Below are positions 38,951 through 52,510 of a stretch of DNA of 64,000 bases, piece after piece; position 1 is the first letter of the stretch; every line of letters starts with the position of its first letter. Source of the stretch: Okamejei kenojei (taxonomy: Eukaryota); assembly GCA_035221665.1 (NCBI GenBank), contig CM069152.1:39618001-39682000 (forward strand), read 5' to 3'. The position numbers were made by a program, and so were the translations under genes. A model generated the notes under the pieces. That model was not told the DNA's origin, ran no database searches, and saw only the letters and a list, made by a program, of their open reading frames with translations.

Positions 38951-40169
38951 TGTGAGAGGGTGGGTGGCGTATGGAATGAGCTACGAGAGGAAATAATTGA
39001 GGCAGGTACGATAACAACATTTAAAAGACACTTGGATGGGTACATGGAAAGGAACTTTTTAGAGGGATATGGACAAAATACAACAAATGTGATTAGCTAA
39101 GATGGGGCAGATGAGTTAGGCAGTATGGCCGTTTTCATGTTGTATAACTATTAATTTATGGGATTGTGCGCATAAGAAAACTGGACCAAAACTCTCAAAT
39201 ATTTATAAGGTGATCTCTTCAAAACATGCAAAATTCTTATGGAACTTGGCAAAGTAAATCATTCCCGTGTCAGAGACGTCTACATGTGGTCACTGTCTCA
39301 TTATAACAGAAGTTGGATGTAGCGGACAAACTTGCCGACCCATCCCCGGCTATCACTATCTCCCCAGCCGTTTAGAGCCCCTGCTTCCAAACCCCCTCCC
39401 GATTTGCAAGGTGCACTTGCCTTACGCATCGACAGGACACAAAGTGCTGGGTTAATTCAGCGGGTCAGGATCTCCGGAGAAAGCGGATATGTGACATCGG
39501 GACCCTTCCTCAGATTGATTCAGTCACCTGAGTTACTCCAGCACTTTGTGCTGTTTCACCTTAAAACTAGGTATCAATGCCGCTGGTCTGCACCCTTCTG
39601 CACTGGTTCATATGGTTGTTGTTGCAGCTCATGTTATAACCACTGGGGACAGCGCTTTCTTCAGTGGGTCCCCACCGACAGAACGCACTCAGTCACTGTG
39701 GGCTTCCTCCCTTCTCACCTGCTGTCGCTTCCAGGGTGGAGTATGTCGGCGACTCTGGGGCAGAAGGGGGGGGGGGGTAAGGGGGAAGAGGGAGGAAGCA
39801 GGGGGAAGGCAACATAAAGAAAGCGCTGTGCGGTAGGTGAAGGGCTCTTTCAGAGTTGGGAGTGGGGTCAGAAACTGGGACTCTAAGCAGCCTGGGAGAT
39901 GGTGGGAGCTGGGAATGGGTCGGCAGATCATTCAATTCACATTCAGTTTACAATTTGTATTGGTTTTATTTCAGTTTCTGTCACTCCATGGTGCTTTAGA
40001 GACACAGGAGAGGTGACATCAGTGAGCTATGTGTGTATTGTTGGTTCATTATCCAGAAAAATGGATAATCCAGAAATGTCTGGATCTTGGTCTTTGAAAC
40101 TCCATCTGTAACTGGACTTCCTGACCAGCAGGACTCGATCAGTTAGAATTGGTCATCATTATCTCTACA

Positions 40170-41170
40170 GACTCTCAACACTGGTTGTCCTCAGGGTTGT
40201 GTGTTCAGATCCCTGCTCTATGCCCTGTAACCCACGGCAAAGTGGCCAAGTACACGGTCAACTTGTCATTTAGGTTGCCAGTGAATACCACTGTTGTCAG
40301 CCGGATCCACAACAACGATGAGACGGAGGAAGGGAACGAGATTGTGAACCTTGTGTCATTGACCTTGACATCAGCCAGATCAAAGAGTTCATTGTTGACC
40401 CAAGGAAGTGGAGGGGAATGGGGATGAACACAACCCCGTCCTCACCAACACAACCAGTGCAGAGACGATCAACAGTATCAGGTTCCTAGACATCCATAAA
40501 AATTAACCCGTCTACATTCACACCGAAGATGAGTGTATCAGACTATTTAAGGGCCTGTCCCACTTGGCGATTTTTTCGCGACTGCCGGCATCAGTGACTG
40601 ACGTATCAGGTCACCGACAAATTTACGGCGGTGACATATGACGCGCGGCGTTTTTTCAAGTGTCACAACATTTTTTTTGTTTCCGCTGGATTTTGAAATG
40701 TTCAAAATCTTTTGGCAACACTGATATGAAGCCAACAGTTGCCAAAAAAATCGGCAAGTGGGACAGGCCCTTTACTTTCATATAGGTCTGAGAAGATTCA
40801 GCATGTCCATGAGGGTACTCTTGTACTTCTACAGGTGCACTATATAAATCATTCTGATGGGATGCATCTCAGCCTGTTATGGCTACTGCTCTGCTCTTGA
40901 CCACCTGAATCTGCCGAGTGGTGCACACAGCCCAGTCCATCGCTGGCTCTGTACCTCCTTCTATCCAGTCCACCTTCAGTGCATTTCATCAGGCAAGCTT
41001 TGTGAAGGATGCTTGCCACCCAGGCCACTCAATGTTATCTCTTCTACTTACTGAGAAAAGATAAGGAACTTAAAAGCTTGGACATGCAGACACAACAGCT
41101 TCTTTCCCACTGCAAGTAAGAATTTCATTGTTCTATCTGGGACATATGACAATAAAACAATCTTGACTCT
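40170..41170 (+). mobile_element. Degraded Rex1/Babar LINE interrupted by a MITE
   Basis: Remnants such as TG.PQGCV.R.LL, TTVV.RI.NNDET and LRRFSMS..FYRCT. Confidence 0.6.
40550..40771. mobile_element. PIF/Harbinger-type MITE (222 bp)
   Basis: TIR AGGGCCTGTCCCACTTG / CAAGTGGGACAGGCCCT; TTA TSD (40547-40549 and 40772-40774). Confidence 0.88.
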
Positions 41171-42269
41171 TAGATTGCTCATTCAATCACCTTTTTCAAA
41201 GGTTCATTTAGTGTCACATACACCAATTGGTGTAGTGAAATTCAAGTTGCCATTCCAGCACATTAATAAAAATACAACACATTAAAGAAGAATTTAACAT
41301 AAAACATAAAAACATCCCCCCACAATGGTTCCCACTGTGAGAGAAAGCACAAAGTCCAGTCCCCATTCCCACTTCCCAGAGGTGCTGCCATGTCCACTTG
41401 ACTCCACCTCATTCAGTTATTCCTTCATTGTACTTTGGGTGTTTTGGACTATTTGAGATTGCACGACACTCTTTTCGCCATTCTGCTATTTTGTTATTAT
41501 ATTTATTGTTGCATTAATCATTGCATCCTGTTGTGCTTCCTGTTTTCTCTATGAGCTTCATGCAAACCTGGCGTAATGCACGCTGGTGTACTTGACAATA
41601 AACTCATCCAAACCTGAATAATGAGAGGTCAACGAGATGTAACATTACATACAACGTCTTCAATACAGTTTTCAAAATAGGATACCAACTCTACCTTTGG
41701 TCAAAATCTTTGGAATAATTTCATCAATCTACCTTGCAATTAATTAGATATTTTCCCTGAAGGCGATGTGCACCAACATTTGGCCGGTTGATACATTGCA
41801 CAATGTGCTTCAGGTGGTACAGTGGGGCCACATCTCAACTACATGCTACCAACAAAGAACCTCACTGCCAGATGGCTTATGTCAATTCCTTGTCCAATTA
41901 AATTTGATGCGCAGACCACAAATGATCTGATTTAATCAGGCTACTACTAATTACACAGCTCTGCTCAAGAGGATCTAACTCTCTCACAGGTAAAGATCAC
42001 AGTGAATGGGTCACAGAACCACCAACGTTTGTGACTGGTTATACCAACAATGCAAGGATAGGGGCCTTCGGATTAAAGCTGAATTCTGCATCATAACACA
42101 AATCATTTCTTGATGATTTCTATATATATATCCTTCAATTTAGCAACCATCCTGACTTACAATTGATTTCCAGGTTGCAGTCTGCCACCATTCGCAATTA
42201 GATCCATCAGTCAAGCATTATTAAATATTTATGCCAAAGCATTTAAGTTACAGAGTTCCTACCGCGGCA

Positions 42270-42575
42270 TTGCCAATGCACTGTGGAAGGACTGTGGCCT
42301 TCAGTATTGCACCGGGTATCATTTTTCACAAAAGATACAAAACTGAGGCCCCCTTCAATTGGATGTATTTCAAAAGGAGAGAACAAATAAGTTGTCCTTG
42401 GCATTCTGCACAATGTTTATCCTCGATCAACATTTGCTATTTATGGGGGCTGCCTGTGCAAAAATTGACTGCTGCATTTCTTCTATTACAACAGGATTGC
42501 TGCATTGACTGAAAAATGCTTTGGGATGACATGAGGCCTTGAAGGCCATTATACAAATGAAAATCTATTTATTTT
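42270..42575 (+). mobile_element. Ancient DeuSINE (SacSINE1/AmnSINE1-like) remnant
   Basis: Deu-domain-like GCTGCCTGTGCAAAAATTGACTGCTGCATTTC..ATTACAACAG and L2-type tail ATGCTTTGGGATGACATGAGGCCTTGAAGGCCATTATACAAATG, matched to a recalled consensus. Confidence 0.55.
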
Positions 42576-42974
42576 CCTAGAAAACTTTCATTAAGTCTCA
42601 CATATTTGGAAAAAAAAAACATGCACCGGCTTCTCGACGATTCCAATAGGCAATTTAGGCTTTTAATAACAGCAGACGAGAAAATCATCCAAGAAGCTAC
42701 ATTTCCCGTATGCAATTCGATTTTAAAGTAAGTGAAACAAAAATAAGATAATGAAACATATAGTAAGCAATTTAAAACTGAATTACTGGCTTCATTTCAC
42801 ATATCAGACCTACGCTCACAAGTCCTTGGAAGTACAGCAAAGATATCTATCACGCAATGCTAATTGATGCCACTGCTGGAAGGCTGAAGCATGTACACTC
42901 AGTGAGAGAGCGGACTAGAGGCCTAAAACTCTGTAATGGGAGGATTAACAGCTGCAGGAGAGCTAAAGGTCCCA

Positions 42975-43571
42975 TTGAGAAGAGGAGTTGAGTAAAGGAG
43001 CAAAGAGGTCCTTCTGCAGTTGTACGGGGCCCGTGAGACCACACCTGGAGCATTGTGTGCAGTTTTGGTCTCCTAATTTGAGGAAGGACATTCTTGCTAT
43101 TAAGGGAGTGCAGCGTAGGTTCACAAGGTTAATTCCCGGGATGGCAGGACTGTCATAAGCTGAGAGAATGGAGCGGCTGGGCTTGTATACGCTGGAATTT
43201 AGAAGGATGAGAGGGGATCTTTTTGAAACATAAGATTATTAAGGGTTTGGACAAGCTAAAGGCAGGAATGTTGGGGGAGTCCAGAACCAGTGCCACCGTT
43301 TAATAAGGGGTAAGCCATTTAGAACGGAGATGAGGAAACTCTTTTCACACAGAGAGCTGTGAGTCTGTGGAATTCTCTGCCTCAGAGGGCAGTTGAGGCC
43401 GGTTCTCTGGATACAAGTGAGAGCTAGATAGGGCTCTTAAAGATAGCAGTCAGGGGATATGGGGAGAAGGCAGGAACGGGGTACTGATTGTGGATGATCA
43501 GCCATGATCACATTGAATGGCGGTGCTGGCCCGAAGGGCCAAATGGCCTACTCCTGCACCTATTGTCTATT
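42975..43571 (+). mobile_element. CR1 3' fragment
   Basis: Near-identical to other CR1 3' ends in the window; CTATTGTCTATT tail. Confidence 0.85.
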
Positions 43572-45098
43572 CGACGTACACAAATTATAAAAACAGAAAA
43601 AAAAAAACAATCAAAACAGGGTCTATTGTGAACTGCCATGAAGAGCTCCTGGTAGGGCCGACCTTGCAGCCAACGTGGTCCTCCTAACATAACTCCTGAA
43701 ATTGAGCAGGGGCATTTCTAGATCCACACTGACCCCAGAATTCTTGCTGTTTACAAGCACATTTTGTGAGTAAGAAACAGGCCCATGCACTGCCCCGTGA
43801 GATATTACTTTAAACCAGTGAAGATTTAGTACAGGTTTCCATGAGTTTCACAATTTCTAGCTCAGCAAGTTTCATTGTACAGATTATATTCACTTGATAA
43901 AATGTGCCAAATACCTAACCTGCAGGGAAATGGTAAACTACTAGAGATTTTGAGCATACTGAGCTCAATGAAAGGCCACTTTCCACATCAAAAGTACAAA
44001 GCAGTCCATGCGACTCTCTACCTACGATATTTTAACTGAAAGCTCCAGGAAGAAACCCCATGGACTCTGGTGGAACATTGGCCATCTTTATTGGCATTAA
44101 CCATGGAGTATAAATTCAGACGAGATGACTGATCAGCATTTTACTGACCTTATCAGTTTCCCAAAGGTCAGTTGTTCGGTTAAAATTGGCTTCCCTTATT
44201 CTTCATCACATGCGGAATCAATACAATGATCAAATAACATTTCCCTTGACGTAATGCCAACTTAATGCCAACTTAACAACTGGGTATTTGTTCTAATATG
44301 AAACAGTGGGGCAGAACTTCACTTGGGTCAAAAGTGCCGCGATGAGGAATCACACAATCACAATCACAATAATACTTGATTAGCCAAGTATGTTTTGCAA
44401 CACACGAGGAATTTCATTTGCCAAGTCCGTCGTACATGTAAAAAGCAACGGAACACACAAAATACATTTAACATAAACATCCACCACAGTGACTCCTCCA
44501 CATTCCTCGCTGTGATGGCATATCAACTATCAGGGCCACCCATTCCCCACTCATTTATAATGGAAGTGAATGATGGGGCAAATTCAGCTCTTCTACCCAC
44601 TCCCTTCACGCAACTAAAGACAAATTTCTCCTCAAAGTGTGAGGTGATGCCCTTTAAAAGGACATTCAAGTTAGCTATTATTAAAATCCAGTCTGAAGAA
44701 GGGTCTCGACACAAAACATCACCCATTCCTTCTCTCCAGAGATGCTGCCTGCCCTGCTGAGTTACTCCAGCATTTTGTGGCTATCTTCGGTTTAAACCAG
44801 CATCTGCAGTTCCTTCCTACACATTTAGACTGAGGGGAGTGATAGATTGAGTTATCCTGTGACTTTGTTCCAGAGCAACAAAGTCCAGACCCTTTGCCTC
44901 CTTACAAACTGGAGCCAAAACAACAACAAAAAAAGAAACCATTACTCCAGCTTTTTGTGTCTATCTTCAATTTAAACCAGCATCTGCAGTTCCTTCCGAC
45001 ACAGCTACTATTAATTGCCAAAAATCTGCAAAAAACTATTTTTGATCGCAAAAAAATGCTGATATGTGTTACGAGGCTCATAACTCGCACCTTGTAAT

Positions 45099-46090
45099 CA
45101 GGGGTCGGCAACCTTGTTCTGCATAGGGGCCAGGATGCATGTCTTATTTTTTTGTAAAATATTTTTTTATTAGAAGTAATTACATATTAAGAAGAAATAA
45201 TATAACATCAAAAAAAAAGGAAAATATTATTCGTCACATACAATCTTATATTTTTTAAATTTACAGTCAATCATATTTGTACTTCTATATTTATTTATTT
45301 TATAACAGTAGGAAATAAAGATAGGTAATAAAAAGAAAAAGAAATAAGAAAGAGATAAATAAAATGAGTGGAGTATTAAGCAAGATATTCTTCATTGGAG
45401 ATATATTCATGATCTATTGTATATAATTCTTCATCTATTCCTTCATTCAGGCTTCAGTCAGGGCCTCGAACCGGACCACCTTAACCCTTTAAATATTCAA
45501 TAAATGGAGACCATATTCCTCTGAATTGATCTAACCTGCCCATTAGGACAAGTCTTAATCGTTCCAGATGAACTGTCTCCGACATTTCTGTAATCCACAT
45601 TTTGATTGTAGGGGATATGTGACCTTTCCAAAATCTTAATATTAATTTTTTACCAATTATTAAACTATAACCAATACAAATTATATGCATGTCTATGGGC
45701 AGATGGTGGGCCACATCTATCACGTGTACACATGGATCCCGTCCACATCCCGCCCTGGATGGCAGGCAACCAATCACGTGTTCACGGAGGTAGACAAAAG
45801 TGCTGGAGAAACTCAGCGGGTGAGGCAGCCTCACGCAACCCTTGCATGTCTCACCCGCTGAGTTTCTCCAGCATTTTTATCTACCTTCAATTTTTCCAGC
45901 ATCTGCAGTTCTTTCTTAAACGTGTTCACAGAAGGTGCATGGCCGTGCTGGCAGCTTTGCACAGGATGCGGTACAGCCAGAGCTCGGCCGCTGCTCGGGG
46001 GTCTGGCCACTGCTCGGGGCACTCGGCGGGCCGGATGATTACAGGGATTACGGGCCGAACGGCCCGGGGACCGAGGGTTGCCGATCTCTG
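45099..46090. mobile_element. hAT-type MITE split by L1/Tx1 and Penelope insertions
   Basis: Left end CAGGGGTCGGCAACCTT, right end AGGGTTGCCGATCTCTG. No 8-bp TSD is recognisable. Confidence 0.55.
45145..45684 (-). mobile_element. L1/Tx1 LINE 3' fragment
   Basis: ORF2 C-terminus ..KKLILRFWK..PTIKMWITEM..LERLRL..F..IWSPFIEYLKG*, A-rich tail, 10-bp TSD ATGCATGTCT (45135-45144 and 45685-45694). Confidence 0.8.
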
Positions 46091-48777
46091 GTGCAGATGA
46101 TGGAAAGGCTTCGGGAAGTCAGAAGAGGAATCATACTGCACCAGCAACCCAACATCTCATTTGCTTTTGCAGTTGCAGTTGCAGTATTCCTGTTGTTGGT
46201 CCAATTAGGTTTACAGCCAATACTGACAACAGGATATTGATTAGTGGATCAGGCATTGGTAATTCCAGTAAATTTCAAGGAGCAGTGCATAAACTTTCCC
46301 AATGGAGATGGTCACTGCATTTCAGTAATGGGCAAATGTTACTTCCCACTCGTTGGATGTTGGTCCCATGTTTGAATGTTGCTTAGATCGTACAGCTTGC
46401 ATACTGGCTGCTCCAGTTGTAAAGTAGTTGCAAATTAATTTGAATATTGTGAAATCAATCCGCATACAAATTCTGACATTATGCACGACCAGTAAACATT
46501 CACTGTTACATTCACTGCATTGCTTGATATCCCTAACTCTTGCTCTTGTTTCCAGACTTGCATCAGAAGACTCTCCTGGCATCCTGTAGATCAGGATTCC
46601 TCTCTTCATTGTTCTCTTATTCCTGCAAGACCCTGGGTCCCAAGGCCTTGGTACATGATCAGCAAGTCCTGAATGTTCTAGTGTGCTATATGTGAAATGA
46701 TCTTAGCACCCACCACCATCATATAGAGTTTAGACTAGTTTTAAGTGGACGATGCAATAACTCTCCACAGAGATTGCCTGACAGCTGAGGATTTCCTGCA
46801 CCTTTTGTTTACATTTCAGATTTCCAGGATCTCCATTTCTTTTGCTGCTCTGGGTAAAGCAGGCTAATTTTCGTGTTTGTTACTGGACATTCATGAAATT
46901 GGACTTACTCTTGATAATGTCCAGAGTGGGGATGGCTGGTACCATGCAGCAATCACGGGAGAAGTGTGAAGAAAGGTCTCGACCCAAAACGTCACCCAAT
47001 CCTTCACTCCAGCGATGCTGCCTGTCCCGCTGAGTTACTCCAGCATTTTGTGTCTCTCTTCAGGAATCGTGGAAACAGACCCACAGCACAAAAGCTCCCA
47101 TCCTGCCCGCAGTGCAATCATAAGATACTCTTGAAATGCCATAGTTGCACCTGGTACCTAGCCTTCTCCTGCTACATCACTGGCTTCTCCAGAACAGCGA
47201 CATGGAATCTGTCTTCCCTCCACCATCCCAGCTAACAAGAACAAAATACAGTACGGAATAAATAAAACAACCAACCTTGAGACAGGTTTATGACAGCATG
47301 ACCCTAGCAATAAATAAATATACATTCTGACCTTCTTGGTTTTCTGTACGAAACAAAAGTTAATTCCAAAGATAGACACAAAATGCTGGAGTAACTCCGC
47401 GGGACAGGTAGCATCTCTGGAGTGACGGAACGGGGGCCGGGAAACATCACCCATTCCTTCTCTCCGAAAATGCTGTCTGACCCGCCCAGTTACTCCAGCA
47501 TTTTGTGTCTATCTTCAGTTTAATCCAGCATCTTCAGTTCCTTCCTACGCAACATTTCATTCCAACAACTCCATTATTGTTTCCAAGAGCAACATTTCAT
47601 ACAATCATTACAATCTTGCTTCGCTTATAATTCCCAAAGACTGATGCTCGAATTTTTGTTCAGTAAGCAAGGGGTTGGATTAATCCTTCAAGCTTTGCAA
47701 TAATGGTTTTTCACACTGCAAATAGACCAATCAACCAATGATGAGGGGACCCAGACAACAGATGGAGCATTCTTGTTGTGAGGAGACTATTTGTCAAACA
47801 TTATTTTCAGAATAATAATATTACACGATATGCAATTCCTTAAAAAAAAAATTCCCTGTATCCATTTAACTCAAGTGAAAGATTTCAAATATTTCCAAAA
47901 TCCTCACCTTATCCCTTTTAAATTTATCAATGGTTCCCGATTCAAACAATACAAATGATGTAGAAAGTGATTGCATAAATATATAATTTAGATTTCAGAA
48001 CAAAAATATTTATAATATTCTTGCAAGCCATTGGTAAGTAAAGTCACTGCAATTTGATAGGCAGGCATGCACATCAGGAAAGTCTGGGTTCAAGCAATCC
48101 CAGCTCCATGTGGGTTGGTGGATGGATACAATTACCAAAAGGAAACTATTTAAGAATAACAATGATGGAAAGATTTTAATCTGACCTGTTATTCAATAGT
48201 AACTAAGCATTCCCAAGGCAATCTGGGGTTTCTCAGATACAGCACACAAGAATTGGCAGACCCAGATCATATCTCAGTATCTCAACTATAGGATTATGTT
48301 ACATCCTTTTAAAAACATAGTTTCTGTCACGTGACTATCATTTGTTCACATGAAACTAATTGATAAACCTGTAACATATTAAAAAATAGGAATACATATA
48401 ATCTGCAAGCTAGTTTAAGCAACTAAACCATTTATTCAGCTCAATAAATTGCAGACTAAAATTAGTTACAGCAATATTTACGAACAAAAATCATTGGATT
48501 GAATTCATTTTAACAGCAATACCATTTATTTACATTTTACAGCACAAGGGAAACCAACAAAAGCTAGAAACGATTCAATTTGTATACCTACGCCACTACA
48601 GTACGAATGGGAATCAAGATACAGGAAAGTCAAGCTCCAGAACAGATTGCAACAAGCCTGTAAGTAAAGTTTATGCATTAAGTAAGTAATGCATGTCTGA
48701 GTGATCAGGTTGGAGAAACTCAATGCACCAATATCATCCGTAACAGTCGCAACATTTTTCAATTTATTTTACTCTTC

Positions 48778-49073
48778 CCACAGTTTAATAATAAGGGGTA
48801 AGCCATTTAGAACGGAGACAAGGAAACTTTTTCACACAGAGCGTTGTGAGTCTGTGGAATTCTCTGTCTCAGAGGTGCGGTGGAGGCCGGTTCTCTGGAT
48901 ACTTTCAAGAGAGAGCTAGATAGGGCTCTTAAAGATAGTGGAGTCAGGGGATATGGGAAGAAGGCAGGAACGGGGTACTGATTGGGAATGATCAGCCATG
49001 ATCACATTGAATGGCGGTGCTGGCTCGAAGGGCCGAATGGCCTACTCCTGCACCTATTGTCTATTGTCTATTG
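48778..49073 (+). mobile_element. CR1 3' terminal fragment
   Basis: Same 3' UTR and (CTATTGT)n tail as 1423-1700. Confidence 0.85.
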
Positions 49074-49667
49074 AGCAGTAAAGGAAAATGAATCAGGGAT
49101 ATCAGAGTTGTAACACCAATTGCAAGTGGGAAGATACAAGATGTTAAAGCTGCACCTTACCTGCCAGGATACTTAAATGAAAGGCAAGTGGTACTAGACA
49201 TAAGGGATTGAGGTGCAAATATTGACTACATTGAAGCCTGTAGAGCTCCAATACAAAATGGATGAACTAATGCAAATGCCAGATACTGAATAAATGACAA
49301 TGCAATTGAAACCTTGATACATGCCCTGATGTTGATCACAAAACCAGCATTGAGGCTTAGTATGACTTGGCCTAGCTGCATGAACTATTATGAAGCATTA
49401 ACATTTAGCTTATAATGTAAAATAGCAAAGGAAAGAAATGATGTAAATAATGCATGTCTAATTGATCAGGTTGGAGAAACTCCATGCACCAATATCATCC
49501 ATAACATTCACAACATTTTTCAATTTATTTTACTCTTTCCATCTTTTGCCTTCATCAGGAACCATTTGTAGCATATCTACAAAATTATATTTTATTTAGA
49601 TATTAAAACTTTTATATTATATATTAAAGATATTATAATTTTATAATATCTATAAAATTATTAATAA

Positions 49668-50530
49668 CTAGACTAAGTGGAACCTGTTGGGTCCCTGTCA
49701 CACAGGAGGCTTGGTCCCCCAACACAATCACCCATAGCCCCCAACTGCACAGGCGCAGATCATTTCCCCTCATCCCTAGCACTCTCTCCCCCTCCTCTTC
49801 ACCCTCCCTCTTCTCTCCCTTCTACACCTCCCCTCCCCAATCCCTCCCCTCTCTCTCCCTCTCCTTTCCCCTATCTTCAGTCACTCCCTCCCTCCATAAC
49901 TCCTCTCCCCTCCCTACTCCCCTCCTCTCCCCATCTCCCCTCGCTCTCCCCCCCTCTCCTCGCTCTCCCCTCCCCCCCAGGATCTCGAGGTTGCCGCTCC
50001 TCTCCCATCTTGCGTGCCCTGGAGGAGTATCAGCCGTCGGCGCATATCCTCGGCTCGGCCCGGAAGCACCAGGAACTACGGCTGCGTGATGGGGGGGGGG
50101 GAAGAACTCAGAGAAAAAACGGGGGAAGAGCCATGGGGGAGGGGGGGGTATCGCAGGGTAGGGGACAGGAGCCAGTGAGGGGGAACCAAAGGGGAAGGGG
50201 CTGGAGCTGCGGGGCGTGTGATGGTAGTGCGTTTGGGACTCTCCTCCGCCGGGATCAGATTCTCCGCTTTCCGTTTGGCGGACCGTCCCACTGAGTGGCA
50301 GGAGAAGAGAACAATGCGCGCAGGTGCTGACTAGCAGGAGAGGAGATCGATCTGCGCACGCACAGTTTTTAATATTTTTAAACCTCGCTAACTTTTACAA
50401 TAGACCACCGATCGGAACAAAACTCGCAGCACATGAGAACGATGAGTGAGCTAGCGAAAAATCGTAGTGCTATCGCGTACCGTTTTTGCGCAATTAGAAA
50501 TACCGCGCAAACCAGAAGAGCAGAAGATCA
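49668..50530 (-). mobile_element. Non-autonomous Helitron, 5' end unclear
   Basis: 3' end ...GGGACCCAACAGGTTCCACTTAGTCTAG|T on the minus strand; 50380-50520 is homologous to 26650-26800. Confidence 0.7.
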
Positions 50531-51589
50531 AACAAGTACACAACGACTCATCAGCATCCCAAAGGATGTGAATTGGGGATGCATAATTAATCTTTGACAA
50601 TGTTCATGAGACAAGATTAGAGTAAAATTATTCAAGGTCTGGTAGAATTATTCACAATAATAAGCCAGTGACATGCTGGAGCAACATGTTTTAGGAATAA
50701 TTCATTAACTGCAATTTTTTAATCTTAGGATTCTTTGTACCCATCAAGTTGATATATGTCAATGCAAGGGAAGGAGCAACATTTTTTCATATCCAAAGTA
50801 AATACCAATCCAAAGATGTATTAGAGAGAGAGTTAGATATAGCTCTTAGGGCTACCAGAATGGGGAGAAAGCAAGAACGGGTGATCAGCCTTGATCATAT
50901 TGAATGGTAGTGCCGGATCGAAGGGCCGAATGGCCTACTCCTGCACCTTGTTTCTATGTTAAATAAATAATTGTCAGATAAGAAATAACATTTAAGAAAA
51001 TATAGAATGTATATTGCAGCATATCAAATGTATAATATCCCCTTAACACTTTTAGGATTAAACATTTATATTTTAAACGCAGACAAGTTGAAATTCTGGC
51101 AAGCAGCCTGATCTCTGAGAGCAGGACTGTCATCAAAATGATGCTGCAAATCTACAATCTTATATCTATTTTAGATTCATAGTTGACTTTCTGAATCCTG
51201 CCAGTTGATGGGAAGCAAAAACATTTGGTATGGAACAAATCGACTAAGAAAAGCAGGAGAGCTTGCGTGCAGTCGACCAAACCTATCCCAGCAATTAGTA
51301 AACAACATGCTGAGAAAGCTTACATTTTACTCAAGGACCTTTGCTCTCAGCTTTTTATAAATATCTCCTAATATCTTCTTATAAACTCCCAATATTGCAG
51401 TATATTATCCAAATGCAAGCCAAGACTACAATTGCAATCAAGTTACTTAGCTGCCATAGCTCAATGGTGCAAACCTCCCCAGATACCTTCCCCTGCAACT
51501 GCAGAAGATGCAACACCTATCGCTCCAATTCCTCCCTCGACCCAAGTCCTTTCAGGTGTCTATCTTCAATTTGTGTGTCTATCTTCAAT

Positions 51590-52510
51590 TCATACATCAA
51601 TGATTTAGACAAAGGGATTCAAAGTAACATTAGCAAATTTGCAGATGATACAAAGCTGGGTGGCAGTGTGAACTGTGAGGAGGATGCTATGAGAATGCAG
51701 GTTGACTTGGACAGGTTGGGTGAGTGGGCAGGTGCATGGCAGATGCAGTTTGATGTGGATAAATGTGAGGTTATCCACATTGGTAGCAAAAACAGGAAGG
51801 CAGATTAATATCTAAATGACGTCAAGTTGGGAAAAGGGGAAGTACAACGGGATGTGGGGGTCCTTGTTCATCAGTCAATGAAAGTAAGCAATGGTACACA
51901 AAAATGCTGGAGAAACTCAGCAGGTGCAGCAGCATCTATGGAGCGAAGGAGACAGGCAACGTTTTGGGCCGAAATCCTTCCTCAGACAGTAAGCATGCAG
52001 GTGTGGCAGGCAGTGAAGAAAGCAAATGGCATGTTGGCCTTTATAACAAGAGGAGTATCGGAGCAAAGAAGTCCTTCTGCAGTTGTATAGGGCCCTAGTG
52101 AGACCACACCTGGAGTATTGTGTGCAGTTTTGGTCCCCTAATTTGAAGAAGGACATTCTTGCTATTGAGGGAGTGCAGCATAGGTTTACAAGGTTAATTC
52201 CAGGGATGGCAGGACTGTCATATGCAGCTTGTATAATCTGGAATTTAGAAGGATGAGAGGGATTCTTATTGAAACATACAGGGTGGGGGGTCCAGAACCA
52301 GCAACATATGGGTAAGCCATTAAAGGAACGAGGAGATACTTTTTCTCACGGAGAGAGAGATAGGGCTCTTAAAGTAGCGGAGTCAGGGGATATGGAAGAA
52401 GACAGGAATGGGTACCGATTGAGGATTGAGGATATCAGCCATGATGCTGAATTGAGGGGTGCTGCTGGCTCGAAGGGCCGAGTGGCCAACTCCTGCCCTA
52501 TTGCTATGTC
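51590..52510 (+). mobile_element. CR1 fragment with a nested Penelope terminus (~51892-51987)
   Basis: YINDLD..SKFADDTKLGG..DKCEVIH; AGTAAGCA duplicated around the insertion. Confidence 0.8.
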
